Shown here: positions 1 to 8,093 of the stretch, piece by piece | Position numbering within the stretch: the stretch's first letter is position 1 | Layout: each line of letters opens with the position of its first letter | Origin: Gemmatimonadota bacterium | GTDB lineage: Bacteria; Latescibacterota; UBA2968; UBA8231 | Length of the DNA: 21,978 nt | Reading direction: 5' to 3' | Assembly: GCA_038153405.1 (NCBI GenBank) | Contig: JAYOYH010000043.1 | Location: 1 to 21,978, forward strand | Translations under genes and position numbers: made by a program | Notes under the pieces: model-generated | What the model was told of the DNA's origin: nothing | Seen by the model: the letters and a program-made list of their open reading frames with translations, nothing else | Databases searched by the model: none

Positions 1-249
1 ACCCAACTTACCTATCCCACCCATCCCATAATGAGCATTTTCCTTTATTTGGGATATGTCACCAACCAAGAAATGCCAAATGCCGAAATACAGCTTGAAA
101 AAACGAGAAAGATACTCAAATCATCAGATTATTGGCAGGCGAGATTTCAGCAGTATCACCTATATTGGATTATGGAAAATCCGCCAACAAACTCCATCGC
201 AGTCAACTCTTTATTAGAAAAGATAAAAGCGAGCTACGGCATAGTGTAA
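1..249 (+). CDS. 3' end of an unidentified CDS entering from the left edge (partial)
   Basis: The frame of the 31..249 ORF is open back to base 1 and ends at TAA 247-249, just before a bidirectional-looking terminator hairpin. No recognisable motif. Confidence 0.5.
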   Translation, partial: TQLTYPTHPIMSIFLYLGYVTNQEMPNAEIQLEKTRKILKSSDYWQARFQQYHLYWIMENPPTNSIAVNSLLEKIKASYGIV

Positions 250-278
250 TTGGGCCCCTATCTACCATCTACCTTACA

Positions 279-318
279 ATAAAACGCACCCGAAACTCGT
301 GTTTCAGGTGCGTTTTAT
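279..318. terminator. Intrinsic terminator, probably bidirectional, between convergent genes
   Basis: ATAAAACGCACCCGAAAC (279-296) / TCGT / GTTTCAGGTGCGTTTTAT (301-318) is an 18-bp inverted repeat. Its one mismatch is a G-U wobble on the minus strand. T-tracts on both strands. Confidence 0.8.
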
Positions 319-344
319 ACTATTAAAAGCTTTATATTGCCGAG

Positions 345-944
345 TTAGACTGATACCGACTCCCATTTCATCTCACCAACCTGCACTTCAGGATGTGAGA
401 CTATGAGATGCCATATAACTGCTTGGAATGACTCCGATAATGGCGTAACCGTTTCGGGATTAACCGTGGGAACAATCACACAAGCGTCAGCTACTTGGGC
501 AGTAAACCCACCATCGCGCCCAACTATCCCACATATCGTTGCCCCTACTTCCTTAGCGTATTCTAATGCTTTAACTAAATTAACGCTCACATTCATCTCT
601 CGATTACCTCCCCCCACGGAAAAGACAAAAATGAGATCTTCTTTTTTCAAACGACTACCTTCGAGCCACTTAGCAAAAGCCGTATCCCACCCCTCATCAT
701 TAATCCGCGCAGTTAATTCCGAGACATTGTCCGTAGGAGCATAAGCTTCCATTCCGGCAATCTTGCGAAAATCGTTGACTGCGTGGCCAGCGTTACCAGC
801 GCTACCTCCAACGCCCAATATAAAAAGCCGCCCGCCCACTTTGCGAGTTTCAATAAATAACTGCACCATTCGATCAATGACCGCCCGATCAAATCCTGCA
901 ATTACTTGTGTTGCCTCATTGAGGTACTGCTCTGTATAACTCAT
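345..944 (-). CDS. SIS-domain sugar-phosphate isomerase, phosphoheptose isomerase (GmhA)-like
   Basis: 199 aa; GxGGS (GVGGSAGNAGH), LTARIND, FSVGGG, GRDGG. TAATG overlap with the upstream transaldolase stop. Confidence 0.85.
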   Translation of the reverse strand: MSYTEQYLNEATQVIAGFDRAVIDRMVQLFIETRKVGGRLFILGVGGSAGNAGHAVNDFRKIAGMEAYAPTDNVSELTARINDEGWDTAFAKWLEGSRLKKEDLIFVFSVGGGNREMNVSVNLVKALEYAKEVGATICGIVGRDGGFTAQVADACVIVPTVNPETVTPLSESFQAVIWHLIVSHPEVQVGEMKWESVSV

Positions 945-1669
945 TATATAGAATACCCTGCCGCTGTAGCATCTTCGTAGAAAAGTTTTACCGTCTCCAG
1001 CGAGAACTCCGTCAAATCCTTACCTAGAGTAGGTAGTTTCTTAATGATGTCACTAGTACATGTAATAATATGGCAACCAATAGAATCAGCCTCTACAACA
1101 TTATATACTTCGCGCGGGCTGGCCCAAATAAGCTCGGCCTTGGGGTTTGGCTGCAAAATTTTCATTGACTCAGTCATAGTCGGCATATACTCAACCCCAG
1201 CATCGGCAATTCGGCCGGCGAAGACCGATACGCAGCACGGAGCACCTCCATCTACAGCCTCGGCGACTCGACGCACCTGGTCTATAGTGAAAATAGCCGT
1301 GATATTTACTTTAACCCCTTCTCGTGACAGCCGTTTAGCCAAATCATAACTCGTCTCGCCTTTCGTATTGCTCACGGGGATCTTTACATACACATTATCA
1401 CCCCAGGTAGCAATCTCTCTAGCCTGGCGTTCCATATCGTCGAATTCATCGGAGAAAACCTCAAAGGAAATCGGGCGATCGGGTATCTCTTTGAGAATCT
1501 CCTTAGCAAAACCTACATAATCGCTGATGCCAGCCCGACGCATTAGCGTTGGGTTGGTAGTAAAACCCGAAACAAGTGGATTTGCATAGCTTTCAAGCAT
1601 GCTCTCTCGGTCGGCACCATCTGCAAATATTTTGACTTTGAGGTCTACTGCAGAAACATTTGACTTCAT
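944..1669 (-). CDS. tal: Transaldolase family protein
   Basis: 241 aa; FADGA, GFTTNP, YVKIP (Schiff-base Lys), VNITAIF, SVFAGRI. GGGGAG RBS upstream. Confidence 0.9.
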   Translation of the reverse strand: MKSNVSAVDLKVKIFADGADRESMLESYANPLVSGFTTNPTLMRRAGISDYVGFAKEILKEIPDRPISFEVFSDEFDDMERQAREIATWGDNVYVKIPVSNTKGETSYDLAKRLSREGVKVNITAIFTIDQVRRVAEAVDGGAPCCVSVFAGRIADAGVEYMPTMTESMKILQPNPKAELIWASPREVYNVVEADSIGCHIITCTSDIIKKLPTLGKDLTEFSLETVKLFYEDATAAGYSI

Positions 1670-1748
1670 AACTCAACTCCCCACTAAATTGAATAACCTG
1701 GTATAAAAAATACGGCAGAAAACAAATATTGTCGACATGCGCTCCGCC

Positions 1749-3062
1749 TTACAAGCCTATAATTCTCTTCTTACCTTCAACCCCAGATAGGGCATTTCTC
1801 GTATCCACAATCAACTCTGCTCGCGCGCCAATCCAAGCCCAATCAAAAACACTATGTGCCGTTAGCACTACAACACAGTCTGCAATAACGACTTCCTCTT
1901 CCGTCAATTCGACCGAGCACAGCTCACCCTCAATTTCGCCCTCCAAATCAGGCACATAAGGGTCGTGATAAACGACATCGGCCCCCTTCTTGCGCAACTG
2001 CTCTATAATCAGTAGCGCGGGACTTTCACGCACATCACTGATATTCGCTTTATAAGCAACTCCCAACACCAATATGCGCGCACCCATCAAAGCCTTCCCT
2101 TCATCGTTTAGCGCATCCATCACTTTGTAAACTACGTGATGTGGCATTTCGGAATTAACCTTGTCAGCTAAGTCTATAAAACGAGCTTCATAGTCAAGGC
2201 CACGCATTTTCCAAGACAAATACAACGGATCAATAGGAATACAATGGCCACCCAACCCAGGTCCAGGTGTAAATTTCATAAACCCAAAGGGCTTACTATC
2301 CGCAGCCTCAATAATTTCCCAAACATCCAGTTCTAATCGATTGCAAATAAGAGCTATTTCATTAACCAAACCAATATTAACAGCACGAAACGTATTTTCT
2401 AATATCTTCACCATCTCTGCAGCTGAAGGTGATGATACAGGGACTAAAGTATCTACTGCATGCCGATAAAGAGCTATAGCGACCTCTGTACAGTTAGCCG
2501 TTACTCCCCCAATTACCTTAGGAGTATTACGCGTTTTCCAAATGGGGTTTCCCGGGTCGACTCGCTCGGGAGAAAAAGCCAAAAAGAAATCTACGCCAAC
2601 CGTAGCACTTCCCTCACTAAGACGAGGCAAGATTACCTCTTCAGTAGTCCCAGGATACGTTGTACTTTCCAAAACAATTAGCTGCCCCGGTTGAAAATGC
2701 TGCACAATCGCATCGCAGGCCGCAACGATATAAGAAATATCTGGATCTTTTGTTTTGCTCAAAGGCGTCGGTACACTGATACAAATACAATCGACCTCAG
2801 CTAATACTGCAAAATCTGTAACTGCTCGCAGTCTCGCATCCGAGACCACCTGAGCAACAACTTCACTTGCTATATCATTGATATACGACTGCCCAGCATT
2901 TACCTGAGCAACCTTGTCGGAGTCGAGATCTACACCGATCGTTTCAAGACCAGCTTCAGCGAACTCCACAGCCAATGGCAACCCTACATACCCGAGACCA
3001 ATAACACCAACCTTTGCCTGCTTGCGCTCAATTTTGTCAATTAGCATACGATGCATACTCAT
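1749..3062 (-). CDS. Nucleotide-sugar 6-dehydrogenase (WbpA/WecC-like, UDP-GlcNAc 6-dehydrogenase type)
   Basis: GLGYVG Rossmann motif, ISVPTP, ESTTYPGTT, SPERVDPGN, GPGLGGHCIPIDP (catalytic Cys), DVRESP. Start placed at ATG 3062, which forms an ATGA overlap with the upstream stop; 437 aa. Confidence 0.92.
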   Translation of the reverse strand: MSMHRMLIDKIERKQAKVGVIGLGYVGLPLAVEFAEAGLETIGVDLDSDKVAQVNAGQSYINDIASEVVAQVVSDARLRAVTDFAVLAEVDCICISVPTPLSKTKDPDISYIVAACDAIVQHFQPGQLIVLESTTYPGTTEEVILPRLSEGSATVGVDFFLAFSPERVDPGNPIWKTRNTPKVIGGVTANCTEVAIALYRHAVDTLVPVSSPSAAEMVKILENTFRAVNIGLVNEIALICNRLELDVWEIIEAADSKPFGFMKFTPGPGLGGHCIPIDPLYLSWKMRGLDYEARFIDLADKVNSEMPHHVVYKVMDALNDEGKALMGARILVLGVAYKANISDVRESPALLIIEQLRKKGADVVYHDPYVPDLEGEIEGELCSVELTEEEVVIADCVVVLTAHSVFDWAWIGARAELIVDTRNALSGVEGKKRIIGL

Positions 3063-4000
3063 TGACTGGCCGCCAAGCAAAATGTTTGGGCTACGCTCTC
3101 TAATCCCTCGCGTAGAAGCACTTGGGGATGATATCCCAATTTAGCTTTCGCACTGCTAATATCTGCAAGAGACCGGGGCACATCGCCAGCCCGAGGAGGA
3201 CCATACGTTATATTGCCCTCTAATTTTACAATTTCTCGTATATGGGCTACCACTTCATTCACGCTAGTATTGTGCCCACATCCAACATTAAAAACCTCAC
3301 CACTAACCCCCTCAGCTTCTACCGCAAGCAAATTAGCATCAACTACATTGCTCACGTAGGTAAAATCCTTAGCCTGCCCACCATCACCGTCAATGATTAG
3401 AGAATGTCCCTCTATAATGCCTACTACAAATTTGGGTATGAATGCCGAATATTGGGTGTTGGGATCTTGGCGTGGTCCAAAGATATTGAAATAACGCAAT
3501 GCCACCGTCTCCAACCCATAGACTCGGGAAAAAACGTGACAGTATTTCTCCCCTGTCAGCTTTGCCACAGCATAAGGAGATACAGGTCTAGGTGTCATCT
3601 CCTCTCTCACGGGCAATTCGGGGTCTGGCCCATAAACGGAAGACGAAGAAGCATAAACGACTCTCTTTACACCAGCGTCTTTTGACGCATCGAGCACATT
3701 GAGAGTCCCCCCCACATTGACATCATTAGTTGTAATCGGGTCATTTATAGACCGAGGAACCGAGGGGAGAGCACCCTGGTGCAGCACAAAATCGACTCCT
3801 TGAACGGCTTCACGCACAATATGATAACTGCGTATATCTCCTTCGATCAATTCGATTTGATCTATCACTTTGCGAATATTTTCTCTTTTACCCGTGGAGA
3901 AATTGTCCAGCACTCGCACGTGTTGTCCGCGCTTTAGTAACTCTTCAACTAAATGCGACCCGATAAAACCAGCACCACCAGTAACTAAATAACTCGCCAT
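3059..4000 (-). CDS. Extended SDR, UDP-GlcNAc(A) 4-epimerase (WbpP-like)
   Basis: TGGAGFIGSH, SVPRSINDP, ASSSSVYG, YAVAK (YxxxK), RYFNIFGPRQDP. Start placed at ATG 4000 with an AGAGGAG RBS; 313 aa. Confidence 0.92.
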   Translation of the reverse strand: MASYLVTGGAGFIGSHLVEELLKRGQHVRVLDNFSTGKRENIRKVIDQIELIEGDIRSYHIVREAVQGVDFVLHQGALPSVPRSINDPITTNDVNVGGTLNVLDASKDAGVKRVVYASSSSVYGPDPELPVREEMTPRPVSPYAVAKLTGEKYCHVFSRVYGLETVALRYFNIFGPRQDPNTQYSAFIPKFVVGIIEGHSLIIDGDGGQAKDFTYVSNVVDANLLAVEAEGVSGEVFNVGCGHNTSVNEVVAHIREIVKLEGNITYGPPRAGDVPRSLADISSAKAKLGYHPQVLLREGLESVAQTFCLAASQ

Positions 4001-4184
4001 TTGCACTCCTCTAAAATACAATGCCAACCCATCAAATAAACTAAGAGGCTCCTAAAACTACATAGAACACCCCATTTCTTCTTGCAATTAATGGATGTGC
4101 TCAATGCCAATAAGGTCTCGCATTAAATTAATGTCCAAAAACTGTGAACAGGCTTGAAAAGGTCCACCAAATTGTTTAGTCTCA

Positions 4185-4213
4185 TTTACAGATATTATCA
4201 TTATAAATATAAT
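4185..4213 (+). promoter_or_regulatory. Sigma70-type promoter for the TolC-family gene
   Basis: TTTACA (4185-4190) - 17 nt - TATAAT (4208-4213), 26 nt before the ATG at 4240. Confidence 0.7.
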
Positions 4214-4239
4214 CAGCAAAACACGCAGGGCTTTAAACA

Positions 4240-5697
4240 ATGAGACTCATACTCCACACCTGTTCAACTGTATTTATCCTACTCGCCACCTCCCTCTCGG
4301 CCCAGCAATCCCTCTCCCTGCAGGACTGCATCGAACTGGCGCTGAACCGCAACCTGCAGCACCAGCGCAACGAACAAACGCTGGCGGCCAGCCGCACCAG
4401 CCTCGAATCGGCGCAGGCGCCCTTCGCCTTCAATATGGACGCCAACTTCACCGCGCCCACGTTTACGGAGGTGCGCGACACGCAGGAGAGCGTCGCGCTG
4501 GCCACGCGCGTGCGCGACGAGAGCACCAACTTTACCTACAACGGCAGCCTGCGCATGGCGCAGCGCCTGCCCTACTTCGGCTCGCTGCAGCTGACGACCA
4601 ATGCCGAGCGGCGCGACTTTTCCTCCAACCGCCGCGCCGACTTCCTCGATTTTTCCGGCGATATGCGCCTGGACTACCAGCACGACATCCTCAACCGCGC
4701 CCCCGAAGAAGTGACGCTGCAGCGCGCCCGACACACTTTCGCCAACGCGCACCTCAACTTTGAACAGCAAGGTTTACAGCTCGAGGGCCAGGTCATCGAC
4801 GATTACTACACCCTCGTCCAGCGCCTGCGCCAACTGGAAATACAGAAACAGCGCCTCGACCTATCGCGCGCCAACCTCGAGCTGGCCCAGCGCAAATTCG
4901 AGGTCGGCCTAATCGCCGAAGTTGAGGCACTGCGCCTGCAGGTAGAACTGCTGCAGGCCGAGTCGAGCTTTGCCCTGGCCGAAACGGCCATTGAGAGCCA
5001 GCGCGACCAACTGCGCCAGACGCTGGGCCTCAACCCAGAAGACCCACTCAACATCAGCACCGAGGTCGAACACCGCCTCTACGCCATCGACGCCGAGTTG
5101 GCCATGCAGCTGGGCCTGCAAAAGCGCACCGACATGCGGCAGGCCGAAATCTCCGAAAAGCTGCGCCGGCTCGACCTAGAGGACGCCGACCGCCGCAACG
5201 GCATCAACGCCACACTCAACGCCAATGTCAGCCTGCGCGGTCGCGGGGACGAAGTCGGCGATATAAGCGGCACCCTCGAGCGCAACCAGTGGGGTATCGG
5301 CGTGCAGGTGACCATGCCATTGATCGACAGCGGGGCGCGGCGCAGCAGCATGAACCAAGCGCGCATCGCCCTCGAACAGAGCCGACTCACGCGCGAGCTA
5401 CAGCGCCAGCAGGTGGTGCGGCAGATTCGCGACGCCGTGCGCAACCTCAAAGAGGCCGAGCGCCAGATCGCCATCCGCCAAGCGGGACTGAAGGTGTCGG
5501 AGCGAACCTACGAGGTCGAACAGAGCCGCTTTGAGCTCGGTCTGGCCCAAAGCCAAGACCTACTCGACGCGCAGAGCCAACTGACCCAATCGCGCATCGA
5601 CGCGCTGGGGGCCATCATCGACTATCAGCGGCGCCTAAAAGACCTCCGCATAGCGACGATGGCCGACTTAGGGGAGTTTGCCAGCGCTGCAGAATAG
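4240..5697 (+). CDS. TolC-family outer membrane efflux protein
   Basis: 485 aa; signal peptide (LSA|QQ), LSLQDCIELALNRN start, two repeated OEP-type halves (AQRKFEVGLIAEVEAL and EQSRFELGLAQSQDLLDAQ), GVQVTMPLIDSG strand. Confidence 0.9.
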   Translation: MRLILHTCSTVFILLATSLSAQQSLSLQDCIELALNRNLQHQRNEQTLAASRTSLESAQAPFAFNMDANFTAPTFTEVRDTQESVALATRVRDESTNFTYNGSLRMAQRLPYFGSLQLTTNAERRDFSSNRRADFLDFSGDMRLDYQHDILNRAPEEVTLQRARHTFANAHLNFEQQGLQLEGQVIDDYYTLVQRLRQLEIQKQRLDLSRANLELAQRKFEVGLIAEVEALRLQVELLQAESSFALAETAIESQRDQLRQTLGLNPEDPLNISTEVEHRLYAIDAELAMQLGLQKRTDMRQAEISEKLRRLDLEDADRRNGINATLNANVSLRGRGDEVGDISGTLERNQWGIGVQVTMPLIDSGARRSSMNQARIALEQSRLTRELQRQQVVRQIRDAVRNLKEAERQIAIRQAGLKVSERTYEVEQSRFELGLAQSQDLLDAQSQLTQSRIDALGAIIDYQRRLKDLRIATMADLGEFASAAE

Positions 5698-5704
5698 GGA
5701 CGGA

Positions 5705-6193
5705 CTAGTTGTCGTCGTCCTGATTCATTAATGGATGAGAAAATTCGCCCTCGTCTTCGCCAAACCAACGCCGCGGGCGCTGGCGCGTGTAGGAGGGTAT
5801 GCGGTGCTGCTCTTCGGCCTCTTGGCAAGCCACGCAGAGCCGAGCCGTCGGCAGGGCCTCCAACCGCGCTTTGGGAATAAAGGGGCAGGTTGCGCAGAGC
5901 TTCAACTCGGTTTCTATACAGGCTTCGCAGTGGCCGTACGAACCGTTTTCCAACTTCTCCAAGGCAACCGTTACTTCTTCTAACTCGCGGCGCTCCGTAT
6001 CGCCCAGCGCAACCAGCAGCTCCATAGCCCCCGCCTCGACGGCGCGGTCTAGGTCATCGGCCTTGGGATCCTGCAGCTCGTCGATCTCTTGCTCCGTGCC
6101 GTCCAAATCGCTCATCAGCGCGGCGCGGCGCTCCAGCAACAGCTTCTTGACTTTTTCTCGTTCTCTTTTGTTCAGCGCGGTCTTCTTGGCCAT
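5705..6193 (-). CDS. dksA: DksA/TraR family C4 zinc-finger transcription factor with an extra CxxC
   Basis: 162 aa; coiled coil with DxxDxA tip (DDLDRA), YGHCEAC ... RLEALPTARLCVACQ. GAGAGGA RBS. Confidence 0.85.
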   Translation of the reverse strand: MAKKTALNKREREKVKKLLLERRAALMSDLDGTEQEIDELQDPKADDLDRAVEAGAMELLVALGDTERRELEEVTVALEKLENGSYGHCEACIETELKLCATCPFIPKARLEALPTARLCVACQEAEEQHRIPSYTRQRPRRWFGEDEGEFSHPLMNQDDDN

Positions 6194-6246
6194 GATCCTC
6201 TCGTTTCAATGATACCCAGTCTACGCTACACACTGCTGATCGGGCT

Positions 6247-6281
6247 AAACAAATAGCCGAGGGATCGCTCCCATTCGGCTA
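6247..6281 (-). terminator. Intrinsic terminator after the UVR-motif gene, upstream of dksA
   Basis: The minus strand reads TAGCCGA-AT-GGGA-[GCGA]-TCCC-TCGGCTA then TTTGTTT: a hairpin with a GNRA tetraloop followed by a U-rich tail. Confidence 0.7.
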
Positions 6282-6307
6282 AAACCTCTTTGGCGCTTTC
6301 TCTGGGA

Positions 6308-7081
6308 CTATTCTTGGGTGCCGATAGTTTGCTCGCGCTCTAGGTCGCGCAGGCGATCGCGCAGATCGGCCGCGCGCTCAAACTGGTCGCCTTCGACGGC
6401 GGCGCGCAGTTCCTCGCGCAGCTGCTCTAATTTGCTCATGGGCCGCGCGCTCTCCACCTCGCTTTCCCACTCGCGCAGAAAATGCAGCTCGGGGCATTCG
6501 TCCAGTTGATCAAAACGCCCGGTCTTGCGCAGGTAATCCTCTATTTCGACAATGCCGCCGCGGATCACCCCCAGCGCCTTCTTGTGCTCTTTGCCGTCTA
6601 GGTGTGAAAGCACGCGCGCCTGAATGCGGTGCGCCGTGACAAAGGGAGTGTGCTGCTCGGCCATCTGGCGATCTTCTTCGGCTTCGGCATACTGGTAGCA
6701 CATGTCGAGAATGGCCAGATTGTGGCGCGCATCGCGCTCGGCTAGGGCGTATTCCTTGAGCTCAAAAAAGCTGATGCGCCGCCAGTAAAATTTCATGGCT
6801 TCCTGCGCCAACGCCCAGCAGTCTTCGCGCGACAGCGCAAACGAGCCGGGGCCGTGATCAACCTCCCAGCGCTCCAGCCTGTCGCGGTAGTATTCGAGCA
6901 GCGAGCGATGGCCGTGCGGTCGCTCTCCGTCGGGACGCCCTTCCCACTCCAACTGCATCACGCCCAAATCCATGCGAATCTGGATCTTATCCAGCCCGTC
7001 GCGCCCCTCTGTCTTGCGCACGCGCAGCTCGCCCGGCGCGTATTCCCAACCGCTCAAAATGGGGCTAATGTCGTTATCCAT
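6308..7081 (-). CDS. UvrB/UvrC (UVR) motif-containing protein of unknown function
   Basis: 257 aa with host-like codon use. The C-terminal LREELRAAVEGDQFERAADLRDRLRDL matches the UVR coiled-coil motif. The N-terminal domain (GRPDGERPHG) has no function I can assign. Confidence 0.8.
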   Translation of the reverse strand: MDNDISPILSGWEYAPGELRVRKTEGRDGLDKIQIRMDLGVMQLEWEGRPDGERPHGHRSLLEYYRDRLERWEVDHGPGSFALSREDCWALAQEAMKFYWRRISFFELKEYALAERDARHNLAILDMCYQYAEAEEDRQMAEQHTPFVTAHRIQARVLSHLDGKEHKKALGVIRGGIVEIEDYLRKTGRFDQLDECPELHFLREWESEVESARPMSKLEQLREELRAAVEGDQFERAADLRDRLRDLEREQTIGTQE

Positions 7082-7142
7082 GCGTGGTAAAAACCCTAAA
7101 AAAAACGACGTTTAAGGCGCAGTCTGAGACGAGATCGGCCCT

Positions 7143-7171
7143 ATTATAGACTAAGCCCATACTTTTGTCAA
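7143..7171 (-). promoter_or_regulatory. Perfect-consensus sigma70 promoter for the UVR-motif gene
   Basis: Minus strand TTGACA (7171-7166) - 17 nt - TATAAT (7148-7143), followed by GC-rich AGGGCCG. Confidence 0.9.
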
Positions 7172-7172
7172 C

Positions 7173-7997
7173 TCACGGTTCATCGATCGGCGACACGCCG
7201 TTTATTTCGCCGACGATGGACAGCAATTCCTGGCGCAGCGTCTGCGTCATCATGCCGGTATCAGAGATAAAACGCTCGATGACCGGCACGGCATCTTCAC
7301 CCACGTTAACGAGGGCTTCGTGCGTCTTTTCGCGCTCATCCGGCGTCGGATTGTACTGCATTTCGCGCGGGTCGATCTGCGTGCCGAACATGCTAATCTG
7401 CGGATACTGTTCGTCGCCTAATAGCCCCCCCATGCTCGGGTTGGCAAAGCCGCGCTGCGACCGCCCCAGCGAGTCGACCATCCCGGGCGCAAAGGGATAG
7501 GTTTGCTCTTCGCCGGTGAACACGCCGCGGAAGGCACGCTGCTCTTCGCGCATCATGAGCAAATCGTAGTAGCGCAGCGCATTGATGAGGATCTCGGCCG
7601 ACTTATCGCCGCCCAAATCGCCGAGCGCAGCAACGGCGGCCATGCGGATATCGGCATCGGCCGTATTGAGCGAGCGATCCAACAGGCGACCTATGTCGGT
7701 CACCGCGCTCGTATCGCCGATCTGCGCCAGAGAGCGCACGACGTCCTGCTTGAGCGTCGTGCGCTGCTCGTAGTCGTGCAGGGCACGGCGCAGAATAGGC
7801 ACGGCGCGCGGATCGCCGATCTCGCCTAGGATCTGAGCCGCTTTGCGCCGCGTAGCATAGGGGTAGTCAGGGCGCGAGACAATTTCCGCGATCCGATCGA
7901 ATTGCGCCTCGTCGCCCTGCTGATACTTCTGATGCATCTGGTTTATATTCGTGCAACCAGCCAGTGCTAGCAGCGGCAGCAGCAGTATCCAACCCAT
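7173..7997 (-). CDS. HEAT-repeat (PBS-lyase-like) lipoprotein
   Basis: Lipobox LAG|C after a hydrophobic stretch; repeats RRKAAQILGEIGDPRAVPIL, VVRSLAQIGDTSAV, RMAAVAALGDLG, EALVNVGEDAVPVI. GGGAG RBS. Confidence 0.85.
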   Translation of the reverse strand: MGWILLLPLLALAGCTNINQMHQKYQQGDEAQFDRIAEIVSRPDYPYATRRKAAQILGEIGDPRAVPILRRALHDYEQRTTLKQDVVRSLAQIGDTSAVTDIGRLLDRSLNTADADIRMAAVAALGDLGGDKSAEILINALRYYDLLMMREEQRAFRGVFTGEEQTYPFAPGMVDSLGRSQRGFANPSMGGLLGDEQYPQISMFGTQIDPREMQYNPTPDEREKTHEALVNVGEDAVPVIERFISDTGMMTQTLRQELLSIVGEINGVSPIDEP

Positions 7998-8029
7998 CGT
8001 TTAAACTCCCGGACGCGCGCTGCGGCACC

Positions 8030-8070
8030 TTGCAGAAGGTCGCGCAATCCCCTATTATCGTTAACGATAA
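8030..8070 (+). promoter_or_regulatory. Sigma70-type promoter for the mrp operon with an overlapping 16-bp palindromic operator candidate
   Basis: TTGCAG (8030-8035) - 17 nt - TATTAT (8053-8058). Perfect palindrome TTATCGTTAACGATAA at 8055-8070. Confidence 0.65.
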
Positions 8071-8093
8071 ACGCCTTTGGAAAGTCCGCAACC

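Noticed and set aside
132..326. 64-aa plus-strand ORF
   Set aside because: It overlaps the partial CDS out of frame and runs through the terminator hairpin.
4187..4205. Fur box over the tolC promoter
   Set aside because: Only 12-13 of 19 positions match in very AT-rich DNA, which is not distinguishable from chance.
6240..6260. Antiterminator for the hairpin upstream of dksA
   Set aside because: The alternative pairing arm lies downstream of the U-tract on the minus strand, so it would not be transcribed before termination.
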